Notes under the pieces: model-generated
Database searches by the model: none
What the model saw: the letters and a program-made list of their open reading frames with translations, nothing else
What the model was told of the DNA's origin: nothing
Position numbers and translations under genes: made by a program
DNA from: Vermamoeba vermiformis
Lineage: Eukaryota
Direction: 5' to 3'
Assembly: GCA_045837725.1 (NCBI GenBank)
Contig: JBEWZL010000166.1
Span: 62,001 to 126,000, forward strand
DNA: 64,000 nucleotides
Part shown: positions 50,514 to 62,656 of the stretch, in pieces
How positions within the stretch are numbered: position 1 is the stretch's first letter
Layout of the letters: the number at the start of each line of letters is the position of its first letter

Positions 50514-50660
50514 AGTAGTATTAATGTTAATAACATAAAATTTTTCTTCGAAGTTTCAAAATAAAAACGGATCTTGTAGTTTCTTTTTGAACTATTTTAT
50601 GGTACAACAAAAATATAAAGGCAGAGGTTGGAGTAAACAATAGTGTTATATATGACAGTA

Positions 50661-52293
50661 TTATTCTTCATTAAAAATAACAGCTGAAGCGATGTAGAAG
50701 GTCAAGAAAGTAGCTGCAAACTCTTGAGCGACAGTTTCGATTGGACCAACCCAGTGAGCCGGATCTGCAATAAAATACCGTTAATAAATTGTAATATAGT
50801 AGCGACATAACATATATGAGCAATGAGGAAAATGGTAATCGATTTCAAGAGACAAAATTTTTGGATGTAGATCAGAAACTAATTGTTGAGGCTTACCCAA
50901 ATGTTTCTTTGTCTTCAATGAGATCCAGTTGATGAGAATAGGAATACCAGCGCCAATAACACCTGCTAGAGTACCCGTACATAACATAGCAATGAAAATA
51001 ACGACTGGTACGTCTTGTACGATCAATTGCCAAGGCGCCTTTTCAGTCTGTTCTTCTCTAAGCATGAGAACTCCCCACGCGATGACAGCTATATAATAAG
51101 AATGTTAATATTAGTAACAAAGACAGCTTGATATGTCCGAACCGAATCCAACGAAAGTTATTTTTGGCGTGTAACGAAATATCAAATATTTTCGTATGTA
51201 CTATCTATTGATATGTGATAATAATCAAGGGGAATATTAATATCAAGGAATTAAAACATGAGGAAAATGTTAAGGGTGGATTTGGATCGAACCTCATACG
51301 AAAATTAAAAAGTGGAGTTGGAAAGCGTGATTATAGCTACCATATAATGAATTGAATGTTATGTAATCGATATTTACCTTGAATAATAGCTGCAACAAAA
51401 CTCAAAGCGAAAGAAATGCCCATAAACTTGAAGAACGGTCTGGCACCGGGTTTCATCAATTTTAAGCCCAACGCACGAATAATAATAGCAGTGTTTTGAA
51501 TACCGATGCAGCCTATATTACAACGAATGTTAATTAGGACTATGAGCGAATATGAAAATAAAATCTTTGGTGGATCTAGAATTTTATCAGTAAATTTACT
51601 TTTAATTTCAAGATTCGAGTTAAATTATCGTACTTAATAGTATGTCAATTAATCTAATAAATTTTAATCGGTTGCCGACAATCGGTTAAGATCGGAAATG
51701 CGCTTCGAACATACCTGCAGCAGCGCTAATAGCTGGAGGGAAACCACCGAGAATAGGATGATTAACAATAACTTCGTCGAGTGTTTCAGCCAATGGAATA
51801 CATGAGGAAGCGATTACGACTGTCAACAAGAGTGAAGGGAATCTGTCATAAAAATAGGATAAGTGTCAGGCGATATAAGAAGCAGAAATAAAAGGTAGAA
51901 AGATGCTATATTATTTCAAAAATAGAATAAAGCCGATTTGGAATTAAAAATTTGAAATATTCAATAATAAAAATGTCGGATGTAGATCACATTGTCGTAA
52001 AAAAATTGCAGTGCTGATATTTACCTCCAAATCCAAGCCCATCCGTTTAGTTCACTAACAATTTCAGCAGTTTCTTTAAATTCACCAGCATTCAAGTGTT
52101 TTTGAGTGGATGGCGGCAATTGTTGATACTTCAAACCGACGGCACCCTCGATCTCGCGCAATCTCTCGGCGATACGTCCAAAAATTCCATTGTCTTCTAT
52201 TTTATCATTCCACAAGTCGTCGATCAGCTCCGTCAATTCAGTAAGTTGAGCAGTTGGCTTAGTGCCGATAATTAATGAAGTATTTTCGTCCAT
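50661..52293 (-). CDS. MgtE-family divalent cation transporter (single TM domain)
   Basis: WIWRFPSLLL, FPPAISAAAGCIGIQNTAIIIRALGL, GTLAGVIGAGIP, DPAHWVGPIETVAQE match the MgtE TM1-TM5 pattern. Confidence 0.85.
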
Positions 52294-52484
52294 AATACTA
52301 ATTGTTGCTTCTATTGTAATCAGTACTACGACAATGTGAAAAATGCGTTGTAGAATTTGACCTAGAAATATCCAAAAGTCGCAAAATTAGATCAGGAAAA
52401 TTCGTGCGACTTAGATGGGCCACGTGATAGTTCTAACTTGAGCCCTGGTGGATATGAAGCGTAGCAGAATTGAACTTTAGCAAG

Positions 52485-54986
52485 ATGGAGACCATGGCTG
52501 CAGTAAAAAAGGAAGTTGATGCGATAGGTAATTCAGATTCGCAAGGGTCAAGAATTAATCTGAGCACAGCGGCGGTTTCAATGCCTAATATACATGCGCC
52601 TTCATCTCCTAATATGACCTTGGCTAAACAATCCGTGGAGAGTCAATTTGAGATGTCAGAGATTTTATTGCCAGCACATTCAACTTTCCCTCAATCAAAC
52701 TCGTTTATTGGCCAATTAATGAAATGGTAATTTTAACAAAAATAATTATTTAAATTACCGCAAAGGGATATTCGTAATTTCTCATTACAAACGCATTTTG
52801 AACTATTCATCTGCGTCTTTTCTTTTCTATTGACGATTTAATAAGAATAAGTATTAATATTTGTATATCGTACTGTTTGTTAATATTATTGTTATTATAG
52901 GATGGATATCTGCGCTTGTAAGTTCGCCCCGAAGTTGATCCCCCAAAATTTCATTTCTTAATTTTCCCTATGATTAATTATAACATCTATTAATAGGCAT
53001 GGCTGCTGAAAAGCATGCGGGAATGAGTTGCGTCACAGCTAGCGTTGATGAATTAGTTATTCATGCAGATCCCGTTGTTGGCGAATTAGTCGTCATTCAA
53101 TCTCAAGTAAATTGTGCATTTAGATCGAGTATGGAAGTAGGTTGTAAAGTCACTTCAGAGGACTTAAAGACTGGCGCTAAGAAGTAAGTACAAAGCTCGA
53201 TCTAAAAACATTTCGCGTGTTGTTACAAATTTCCAAATTTGGTAATGACCTTATTCCACACTCAATAATAGTATATTTCGTGACTTAATATATTTTACTA
53301 TTATTTCAACGCTTACGATGATATTGGAAACTATTTTGGACTAATTTGTTTTTTTAGGTACATCTGCACGGGCTACTTCACGTTTGTCATATTAAAAGAA
53401 AACAATAGTGTTGCCACTGAAATTCCACCGTTAATGGCGCAGACTGAAGATGAAATGAGACGACTTCAAATGGCTCACGAAAGGCGTCAGATCCGCTTGT
53501 CGAGAAAACAAACCCTTGGGTACGTCACATCCTATAATATCAAAACATTATAGTGCTTGCCGAGTAGTATATGATATACTTATATTTGATGTTTGCAGAC
53601 AACATGAAGTGTCGGCTGGATCCGCTGAAGACGACGTGTCACCGAATGAAAAACGACGCAAATGCAGTGAGTCAGCCACAGTGATGACAGAGCTGATTTT
53701 ACCACCGCACGCCAATCACATGGGCAATCTATTTGGTGGGCAGATCATGAACTGGATGGAACAAGCGGCCTTGATTACAGCCATGCGTCACTCGAGGACT
53801 GAAATGCGCGTGACTTCTATTGACGACATTCATTTCTTGGCACCTGTGAGGGTCGGTGATAGGTAAGAGGTCTCAATTACTATTATACTATTATAATATC
53901 ATCTTATATTGTTATATTAGACTGAGACTTATGGCCCGTGCAAACCGGGTGTTCGGAGGGTCCATGGAAGTCGGTGTCAAAGTCGAGTGCATCACTTTAC
54001 AGGGCAAAGTCATTCATTCTAACACCGCTTATTTTATTATTGAGGTACGTACTATAATAAACTTAACGCCTATAATACACCCGACGTTAACGGGACCTTG
54101 GTTTAGACGTTAGTTCCAGGCACTACAATTCCGCGTGTAGTGCCCGAATCGGACGAAGAAAAGTCGTCATATTCACGAGCCCTCGGCCGAAGAAAAATTA
54201 GATTAGAAAGAAGGGCTATAGCTGGTGAGAGTCAGACGATCGTGTGGTCAAAAGAGAACAAAGCCTCGCTGATTTATCGCAATGTCAAGTCTTTGCTCGA
54301 AGTCAACGCGATAAAAGATGGCTGGGAGATTGTTAGCGAGTCTGATGGCATTCGTGTGGCCTATAAAGAAATGAGCAAATCAGTCACGGCCCTGCGACTG
54401 GGTAAATTTCCTTTTTTGGAAAAATTTTCATCACCCTCCTTCTAAAACAAAGCTGTGAATTTTTCAATGCAAGTTACTAATGGTGTTATATATAGATACA
54501 ATAATCAATTTGCAGCCACGTGATGTGTTCAATGTGGTCAAGTCATTTGATCGCAGAGCAGAGTGGGATCTGACATTCAAAGAAGCGACAATAGTCGAGA
54601 AAATAGACGATAGCAATGATATAGTACATTTAGTAATCAAAACGAGTCCTACTGCGTGCCGTGATTTTTGTTTATTGAGGTCGATGAGATACACACCTTC
54701 GCTGAGCCAGTACGTCATTAGTAATCACTCTATTGACTACCCAATCGTCAAGAAGACAGTAGAAGGCGGCTCCAATACAAAAGAAGAAGTCTCACGAGGA
54801 CAGCTATTAGCCTCAGGCTTCGTTATTAAGAAGAAAGTCAGATCCGCCAACGCATCCGAAGTCACTTACATTGCACAAACTGCCTCAAATACGCTTGGTT
54901 TAGTATTAGCTGATCTTGTTGGGCAATCTAATATCATCAGAATGTCGTTTATGAAGCTGAAGAGTTTCCTAGAAGAAAAGAAATAA
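52485..54986 (+). CDS. Acyl-CoA thioesterase with two hotdog domains and a START domain (ACOT11/12-like)
   Basis: MSEILLPAH...GQLMKWMDICACMAAEKHAG..CVTASVD, VNCAFRSSMEVG, TELILPPHANHMGNLFGGQIMNWME, and START RAEWD...RDFCLLRS...SGFVI. Confidence 0.93.
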
Positions 54987-55026
54987 ACAGATCACGGATG
55001 CAAATACCGTTTTACGGTGAGTTGAT

Positions 55027-55384
55027 TTAGTTTGATAATTTATTTCTTATATTAGTAGTATAATACATTATTTTAGTCCATAACGATTTTGATTTCTTGA
55101 ATTCTTGCTTTACTTCGTGGTAAAAATGAAACCGAGTAGCGAGCAATATTTGTTCATCGCGCTTCGTTTGTTCAATTTTCAAACTTCTTTCTTTTGTTTC
55201 GTTATCTAAAAGATTGATATACTCATTGATTTCTTGGCGCAGAGGTTTCAGATCAGAAAAGTAGTCGCAAGATCTCGTTTGATCAACCATTTTAAACCAC
55301 AAGTGTGGACTCGCTTCACCCAATAGCGACAGTACACTACGATAGAGGTGTTGACAATGATTAGGAGAGTATTTATATTGCATT
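55027..55384 (-). CDS. Small helical protein, possible LYR-motif protein
   Basis: 118-aa ORF from MQYKYSP with HLYRSVLSLL and a coiled-coil-like C-terminus; the start lies only about 55 bp downstream of the upstream gene's stop. Confidence 0.35.
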
Positions 55385-55438
55385 GTTGATGTACTATAGA
55401 ACCGCAAGAACGAAAAAATACAATTATTTATGGATGAT

Positions 55439-57692
55439 TTAGTTCAAACCAATTAAAATGACGCAGAAAATTGCACCAGCGATGATGTAACTGGCACCAA
55501 TCAACTTCGTTCCACTGCTCACAGATTTTCCAGAAGGCGTTGAGGTGGGACTTTTCTCTGTCAATGCAAACAATGTAAGTGATCCAAAAGTCTATTATTA
55601 GAGATCCAAAAGTATTTTATGATTTGTTTCGTTCTTATAGAAGACTTACCGATGCAAACAGAGTTATCGCACACGTTGCTGTTGCAATCGCTGTTCTGTT
55701 TGCAAGTCTTGTCGGCGTCACAACCCGAGCACTCACCGCCGCCACAGTCCACATCAGTCTCGTTCTGATTCTGGAAGTTGTCATTGCACGAAGGCACGGC
55801 TACAAGTAACCAATGGTTAGCACAAACGTTTTGTTCGTGAAAAATAACGCGCAGACTTACAGCAAATGCCAAGAGGATTGCAGTAACGGCTGACACAGTC
55901 CGCGAATGTGAGGCACTTTTGTCCGTCAGCACACCAGCCACAAGAGCTGCCACCACAGTCAACATCTGTCTCGTCTTGGTTTTTAATGCCATCAAAGCAC
56001 GAAGGAGCTTAAAATCAGGTTAGATCGTCGATGTGAGACCGATGTAAAATCACAATTGACGTACCGCACTGCATAGTACCGTTACAAATATAGCCAGTGA
56101 TACAATCGCTGTCAAACAAACACTTGGCTCCTTCATTGCATCTCTTGCTGCAAATGTAGCCACCACAATCAGCGTCAGTCTCGTCTTGGTTCTGGAACTC
56201 GTCTTGGCACGAAGGCACAGCTGTAAGGTCAAGTACGTTAGAGATGCAGAATATTATTCGAAGTGAAATTTCAAGTCACGTGATTAAGTCATATCGATAC
56301 GACAGCTAATTGTCACATGAATATAAGATTGACAACTGCGATGACTAGCCGTGAAATATCAGGTTCAGCCACGTAACTTGCGCAGCTTAAGTGAAATTTC
56401 GCAATTTCAGGTTGAGTCACGTACTCAACTTGTTGACAATTTTCAACGAAGCAGTGTCACGTGACAAAGACAGCAATACTTACAACAGACTGAGTTCGGG
56501 TTGCAATAAGCACTCACGCAATCGTCGTCGATGAGACAGCCCTTGGTGTCAGCACAAAGTCCACACGAGTAACCACCACAATCAACATCAGTCTCGTCGA
56601 GATTCTTGGACCCATCGCCACAAGCACCTGTGGGGGCTCTGATGTACAGCACGTCTAACAGGCCTTCGGTGTTTGGGTAGCTCTTGATCGTCACTTTATT
56701 CAAGAACTGCGTGCCGTCATCTTCGACCGCGATCACGTCCGAGTGAGCCAGTATTGTCATGTAGACCATGCGCTTGCCGGCCACAGTATCAACGACCAGA
56801 CCTAGTGCGCTTTCAAAAATAGAACTTTTGTAGGCGATAGCCCATTGACCGTCTGTCAGTGTGAATTTCACGACTCTTCCTTCTTCTGTCGAACAGTAGA
56901 TCTCGGTTGAGGAGTAAACGAAGAATCTGTTATAAACCTCATCGTTGTAGCCGACAAGATTGGAAGCAGTAATAATTGCTTGGGCGCTTGAAGCTGTTTT
57001 TGGAGCTGCTCCAATGAAGGATGCGACGAAGTACGGACTAGTGTAGTAACCACCAATGTAAAAAGTGTTGCCTTGCATTTGAATGTCGAGAGTAACACGG
57101 CCAGAAGGATTCGAGACTGCATCGGCAAGAATAACGTCGCCGTTGCGTCGGGCGTAAACAATGGTCGGAGAATCCGATCCAACGTAAACCGATCTGCCAT
57201 CGACGAATGCGCTATATGGGTCTAAACCATTAAGTGCATTACTAATAGTGGTTGTATCCATGGTTCCATTGGATTGAATTGCAACAACGATTTTCGGTCC
57301 AGAAACCAGATTGCCGTTACTTGGGAAACAGGCGAATGCAGCAGAAGTAAAGTCTTGATTAAAAGCCAATCCTCCATTAGGACCGTCTAATAATACGCAA
57401 TCTCTAAAAATCGAGACGTTAAAATTTTTTAATAGTCTTTGTAACGGATATTTTTAAAAATTTATTTATTATCCAAAAACTTACGGATCGAAAGTTTGAA
57501 CGAGCGTACCAGATGTTGTGATCTCGTCCACATATACACGAGAAGATTGTGCTATTAAGTTGTTAGTCTACGCAGGCAATGCTCAATACACCTACTTTTG
57601 CGAAGAACAAGCAAGTTCCCCTCAGTTAGTGCTGCGGAGCTCGCAACGGATACAAGCAGAGCTAACGCTAAGCTGAATAATATAGCTTTCAT
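55439..57692 (-). CDS. GPI-anchored surface protein, copy A: beta-propeller-like domain plus 4 ETDVDCGG Cys repeats
   Basis: Signal peptide MKAILFSLALALLVSVASS; 308-aa ORF; repeat exons; terminal exon EKSPTSTPSGKSVSSGTKLIGASYIIAGAIFCVILIGLN*. Confidence 0.85.
56270..56465. promoter_or_regulatory. Intronic E-box (CACGTG) cluster, conserved in the paralog at about 60785-60960
   Basis: GTCACGTGAT, GTCACATGA, CCACGTAA, GTCACGTAC and GTCACGTGAC lie within one intron. Confidence 0.4.
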
Positions 57693-57988
57693 ATGTGCGT
57701 TTACAAATTCTATTTAATACGCACGTTGGGTTTGGATCTTCGGTTACGCACATTGACCCTAAAAATACCAGCAGGCTCTCGTTGACTTTGTTTGACTTTT
57801 TAGATCTAGAGTTGCGAGGATCATAATAAAAGAAAAGACTGCTTTTGTAAGAAATTATTACACGTGCATTCTATTGGATTATCAAATAAATTGATATATC
57901 GATTATCAAGAAAATTAAGAATTTATTGTCGGCGGAGATCTCGGATCTGCCGAAAGAATTCAGATACATAAAAGACAGAAATTGCTGT

Positions 57989-58531
57989 TTACAACATAGC
58001 CTCAATCATTTTAGCCAAGTCATCCTCTCCGGGGCAAGAGCTGTTCATGTCTTTGGCTTGCGAGGCCCAGTCACTACCAAGGGTCACGTGGAGCTCTTTG
58101 CCGTTCTTCTCAAGCTTGTAGGTGTAACCGGACTTTTTAGCGTCGTCTTGGGCCACGTGGACAACGACCTTCTCGATTTCTTCTTGAACAGCTTCCTTGC
58201 CGATCGGATTGTTGGCGATCTTCGCAAGGGCCTTTGAGACGACAAAGATGCAATTCCAACCCTTGGTGAAGTACTTCAAGACGGCAATAGGAGCGTCGAA
58301 CTCTTCTTTGCTAGTCCAGTTGATCTTGCCCTGTTCGTAAATAAAATTCTAAGAATTTGTTTTTTTAAGTTGGATGGTCGAGCGTTTAGTACTTACGGTC
58401 AAAGCCTTAATGGATTCGAAATCAAGGGTGCCGACCATCTTGGGGCTAACTGCCTGCAACTCTTTGGTGAAGTTTTTCAAGCCACTGCCGGCTTCGCAGT
58501 CAGCGACAGCTTTACGTAAAGCAAGAGCCAT
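57989..58531 (-). CDS. Small soluble protein of unknown function (2 exons), strong codon bias
   Basis: MALALRKAVADCE...IKALT|GKINWT...ALAKIANNPIGKEAVQEEIEKVVVH...LAKMIEAML; codon usage (AAG, GCC, TTC, ATC) resembles RPL26. Confidence 0.8.
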
Positions 58532-59447
58532 TGTTAGTTGACGAAGGAGATGTGTGTTGTTGGTTTCTTTGATGAATGAATAAGAGTCTACATTGACAGC
58601 CTTAAATATTTTCGTGAGGACGAAAAATGCGAGATATTTTTCCAAATTTGGATCGGGTGGCATTTCAGAACGGGTCAGAATGTTGTGGAGTTCTGAGAAA
58701 TGTACTAATGAAATTGACCAACGCTGAGACTCAGAAAATAATCCGATGCGCTCACGAAGCGCGGCAGGTAAATGAACGTTCAGACCAAGTCCGGATCAGA
58801 TCCACTTTCGATGCAGTACACAACGCCGCTTAGTAGTAGTGTCAATGGTAAGTTCCGTGTCATTTACATTATGTGTTACTCGTTATTATACGCATCTGGA
58901 CTCAGATGGAGCGTTGAGATGCCATCCTCGAGTCGTTTCCACTTCCAGTCAAAAGTAAGCTCACAAACCAGTTGTACCACAACACAAAGGTTGACGGGAG
59001 ATAAGGGTACAAATCGGTGAGTTCACTGAGATGCAGTTGCAGTGAAAAAGGACTTCGGAAGGCGAGGAGAGCGTTGCTTTCGATAAAGTCGTGCGGCTGA
59101 AAGTGTGCACGATTGGCTAGCAAAAGTCCATTTCTAAGGATCTTGAACTCGACTACTGAGTTTTATATCCGATCAACACATAAAAAGAGCGGATGACTTG
59201 GTACTAAGAAAGGACAAGTCATCAACGTGTCTTATAGTACTTCGCAAATTCAGGTACTTCATAACTATTGAAATTTTGCGATGTATTCAAGGCACTCGGT
59301 TGGTACTTACGAATATGAGATGAGAGCCAATGAGAGCTGCATCGTGCGGACGGCATAATTTTTCCTCGTACCTGACATTCGTCACGCCTATTATCGGGTA
59401 CATCATCAAACTGCAAGAACAAAAAACAGCCATTGTTTATAGCCGAT

Positions 59448-62182
59448 TTAGTTTAAACCAACTAAAATGAAGTATAAAATTGCACCAGCGATGATATTAC
59501 TGGCACCAATCAACTTCGTTCCACCGCTCACAGATTTTCCAGAAGGAGTAGGAGTCGAATTGGAATCGGGCGAGGGGTTGCCAGCACTGGGACTAGGAGT
59601 TTTCGCTGTCAACGCAAACGATGTAAGTTCAACGCGGTGATCAGATCCAAAAGTATTTTTATGATTTGTTTCGTTCTTAAAGAAGACTTACCGATGCAAA
59701 CAGAGTTATCGCACACGTTGCTGTTGCAATCGCTGTTCTGTTTGCAAGTCTTGTCGGCGTCACAGCCCGAGCACTCACCACCGCCACAGTCCACATCGGT
59801 CTCGTTCTGATTCTGGACGTTGTCATTGCACGAAGGCACCGCTACAAGTAAGCAATTGTTAGCGCAAAAACTATAGTGATTCGTTAAACTTACCGCACTT
59901 GTTGTTGTTGTCGCAGACTTGGCTGAGACAATCAGTGTTCAGCAAGCAGCCCTTGCCATCGCCACACTTCGCGTCACAATTGCCTCCGCAGTCCACGTCA
60001 GTCTCTTGACCATTCATGTCTCCGTCGAAGCAATAAGCCTCATCTTAAAGTTATTGGTATCAGCAAAAGTGTAAACGCAATAATAACCTTTAATGTCGAA
60101 GTGCAACTTTTTGTCTATTTTTTCATCAAGGTAAATTAGAACTTACTGCAATAATTTCCCGTGCAAGCGTTGGAGGTACAATCGGCGTTTGTCTTGCACG
60201 CAAAAGATATGTCACACTTTCTGCACGCGACACCGCCACAGTCTACATCCGTTTCGTCCTGATTCACGAATGTGTCATTGCACGTCGGCACCGCTAGCAA
60301 ATCAGTAAAGGTTAAAACAAAGTTATCGTTACATGTGAAACAGTTACGTGAAGTACTTACAGCACCTGCCAATAGGATTGCAGTACTCACTGGCACAATC
60401 AGCGGACGATCGGCACTTTTGTCCGACAACGCACGAGCCACAAGTGTTGCCACCACAGTCAACGTCTGTCTCGTCTTGGTTTAGAAAGCCGTCAACGCAC
60501 GAGGGAGTCGCTGCAAGCATAGAACGGTCAGAGATATCTACGTAGACGCGATTGGCCAATCACATTTAACTTACAGCACTTCTTGGCCGGGTTGCAATAA
60601 CTACCGAAACAATCGCTGTTCATGAAACACTTGGCTCCGTCGTTGCATCTCTTGCTGCAAATGTTGCCACCACAATCAGCGTCGGTCTCGTCTTGGTTCT
60701 TGAACGTATCTTGGCACGAAGGTACGGCTGTAAGGTCAAGTACGTTAGAGAGGTGTGAAAGCAGCTTAAGTGAAATTTCGCAATTTCAAGTCACGTGATC
60801 AAGTCATATCGATACGACAGCTAATTTTCACATGACTATAAGGAATCGTTGTAGCTGACGCATCAAATAGTCGGCAGTATGAATGTGGTTGAAATTTTGT
60901 GTCAAGCCATGTGCGCAACTTGTTGACAATTTTCAACGATGCAGTGTCACGTGACAGAGACAGCAGTACTTACAACAGACCGAGTTCGGGTTGCAATAAG
61001 CACTCACACAGTCGTCGTTGATGAGACAGCCCTTGGTGTCAGCACAAAGTCCACACGAGTAACCACCACAATCAACATCAGTCTCGTCGAGATTCTTGGA
61101 CCCATCGCCACAAGCACCTGTGGGGGCTCTGATGTACAGCAGGTCTTGAATGGAGACGCTAGTATCATAGCTCTTGATCAACACTTTAGTTAAGAACTGC
61201 GTGCCGTCATCTTCGAAGGCGAGCACATCCGATTTTCCAATTGTCGTAGCGACGTAGACCATGCGCTTGCCGGCCACAGTGTCAACGACGAGACCTAGTG
61301 CGCCCTCGAAATAAGGGGTTCTGTAGGCAATTGACCATCCGTCTGACAGTGTGAATTTCGCGACTCTTCCGTTGTCTTCGGTGGCGTAGATCTCGGTTGG
61401 GGAGTAGACGAAGAATCTGTTAAAAGCCTCACCACCGAATCCGGCAAGGTTGGAACCAGTAACAACATTTTTGATGTCTGCAATTGTTTTTGGAAGTCCA
61501 CCATTGACGGATGCGATGAAGAAGGGAAGTGTTTCGTAACCACCAATGTAAAAAGTGTTGCCTTGCATTTGTAAGTCCAATATTGTGTTAGTAGGGGTTG
61601 TAACAGCATTGGGAAGAATAACGTCGCCGTTGCGTCGGGCATAAACAATGGTCGAAGAATCCGATCCAACATAAACCGATCTGCCATCGACGAATGCGCA
61701 TAATGGGTCTAAACCCAAAAGTGCATCACTAATAGTGGTTGTATCCATGGTGCCATTGGATTGAATTGCAACAACGATTTTCGGTCCAAAAAGATCGGGA
61801 TTGCCGTTGTTTGGGAAACAGGCGAATGCAGCAGAAGTAAAGTCTTGATTAAAAGCCAATCCTCCAGAATAATCGAATTGTAATACGCAATTTCTGAAAA
61901 ATAGAGACGTTAAAAACTGAATTTTAAATATTTTTTTTAATCGATCCAAAAACTTACGGGTCGAAAGTTTGAACGAGCGTACCAGATGTCGTGATTTCAT
62001 CCACATATACACGAGAATATGGTACTATTAATATGTTAGCAAAAAGGAATGCTCAATAATCACTTACCTTGAGCTGTAATTTGAGATTTGCGAAGAACGA
62101 GCAAGTTCCCCGCAGTTAATGCTGCGGAGCTCGCAACGGATACAAGCAGAGCTAACGCTAAGCTCAGTAGTATAGCTTTCAT
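59448..62182 (-). CDS. GPI-anchored surface protein, copy B: beta-propeller-like domain plus 6 ETDVDCGG Cys repeats
   Basis: Paralog of 55439-57692 with shared introns; terminal exon AKTPSPSAGNPSP...SVSGGTKLIGASNIIAGAILYFILVGLN*. Confidence 0.87.
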
Positions 62183-62656
62183 TGGAGTGTTGACAATTTG
62201 ATGCGCGCGTAAAAAGATTTAACAGGCACACAAAAAAAAATTCTATTTCTGGTCTTAACCAAATATGGCTAACAGTTTTTCGGCAAGGTCCTGGAGGAGT
62301 ATCCACGAAAGGGCCGAAAATGGTGTCCATTACTGTACTGTCGCATTCAACACTAATTGAAATACATGGTGCATTAGCTCCTCTATCGTAGTCAAGTAAA
62401 TGACTTGCCTAAACTAAACGTGTTGGTATTCTTTTCCACGCATGGGAGAGAAAAAGCAGCACGCCACTCGAATTGAGTCATGAAGACACTTAAGTGCAAG
62501 TCCGCAGAAGAACGATTCGCCAAAATATCTCGCGTGGTAGAAGTTCGGAATCCGAGGTGGGTAGGGATCCCATCCAATCAATTCAGTCTAACTAGCGATT
62601 ATATTTTTATTTAATTACCTTATTTAAAGAATAATACTATTTTACTACCTAAATTG

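Noticed and set aside
58627..59422. Short ORFs between the unknown gene and surface protein copy B
   Set aside because: No motifs or splice model; probably intergenic or UTR sequence, or a relic.
55439..62182. CRISPR-like or satellite array from recurring CCACAGTC..CATC.GTCTCG motifs
   Set aside because: These are the coding ETDVDCGG repeats separated by introns.
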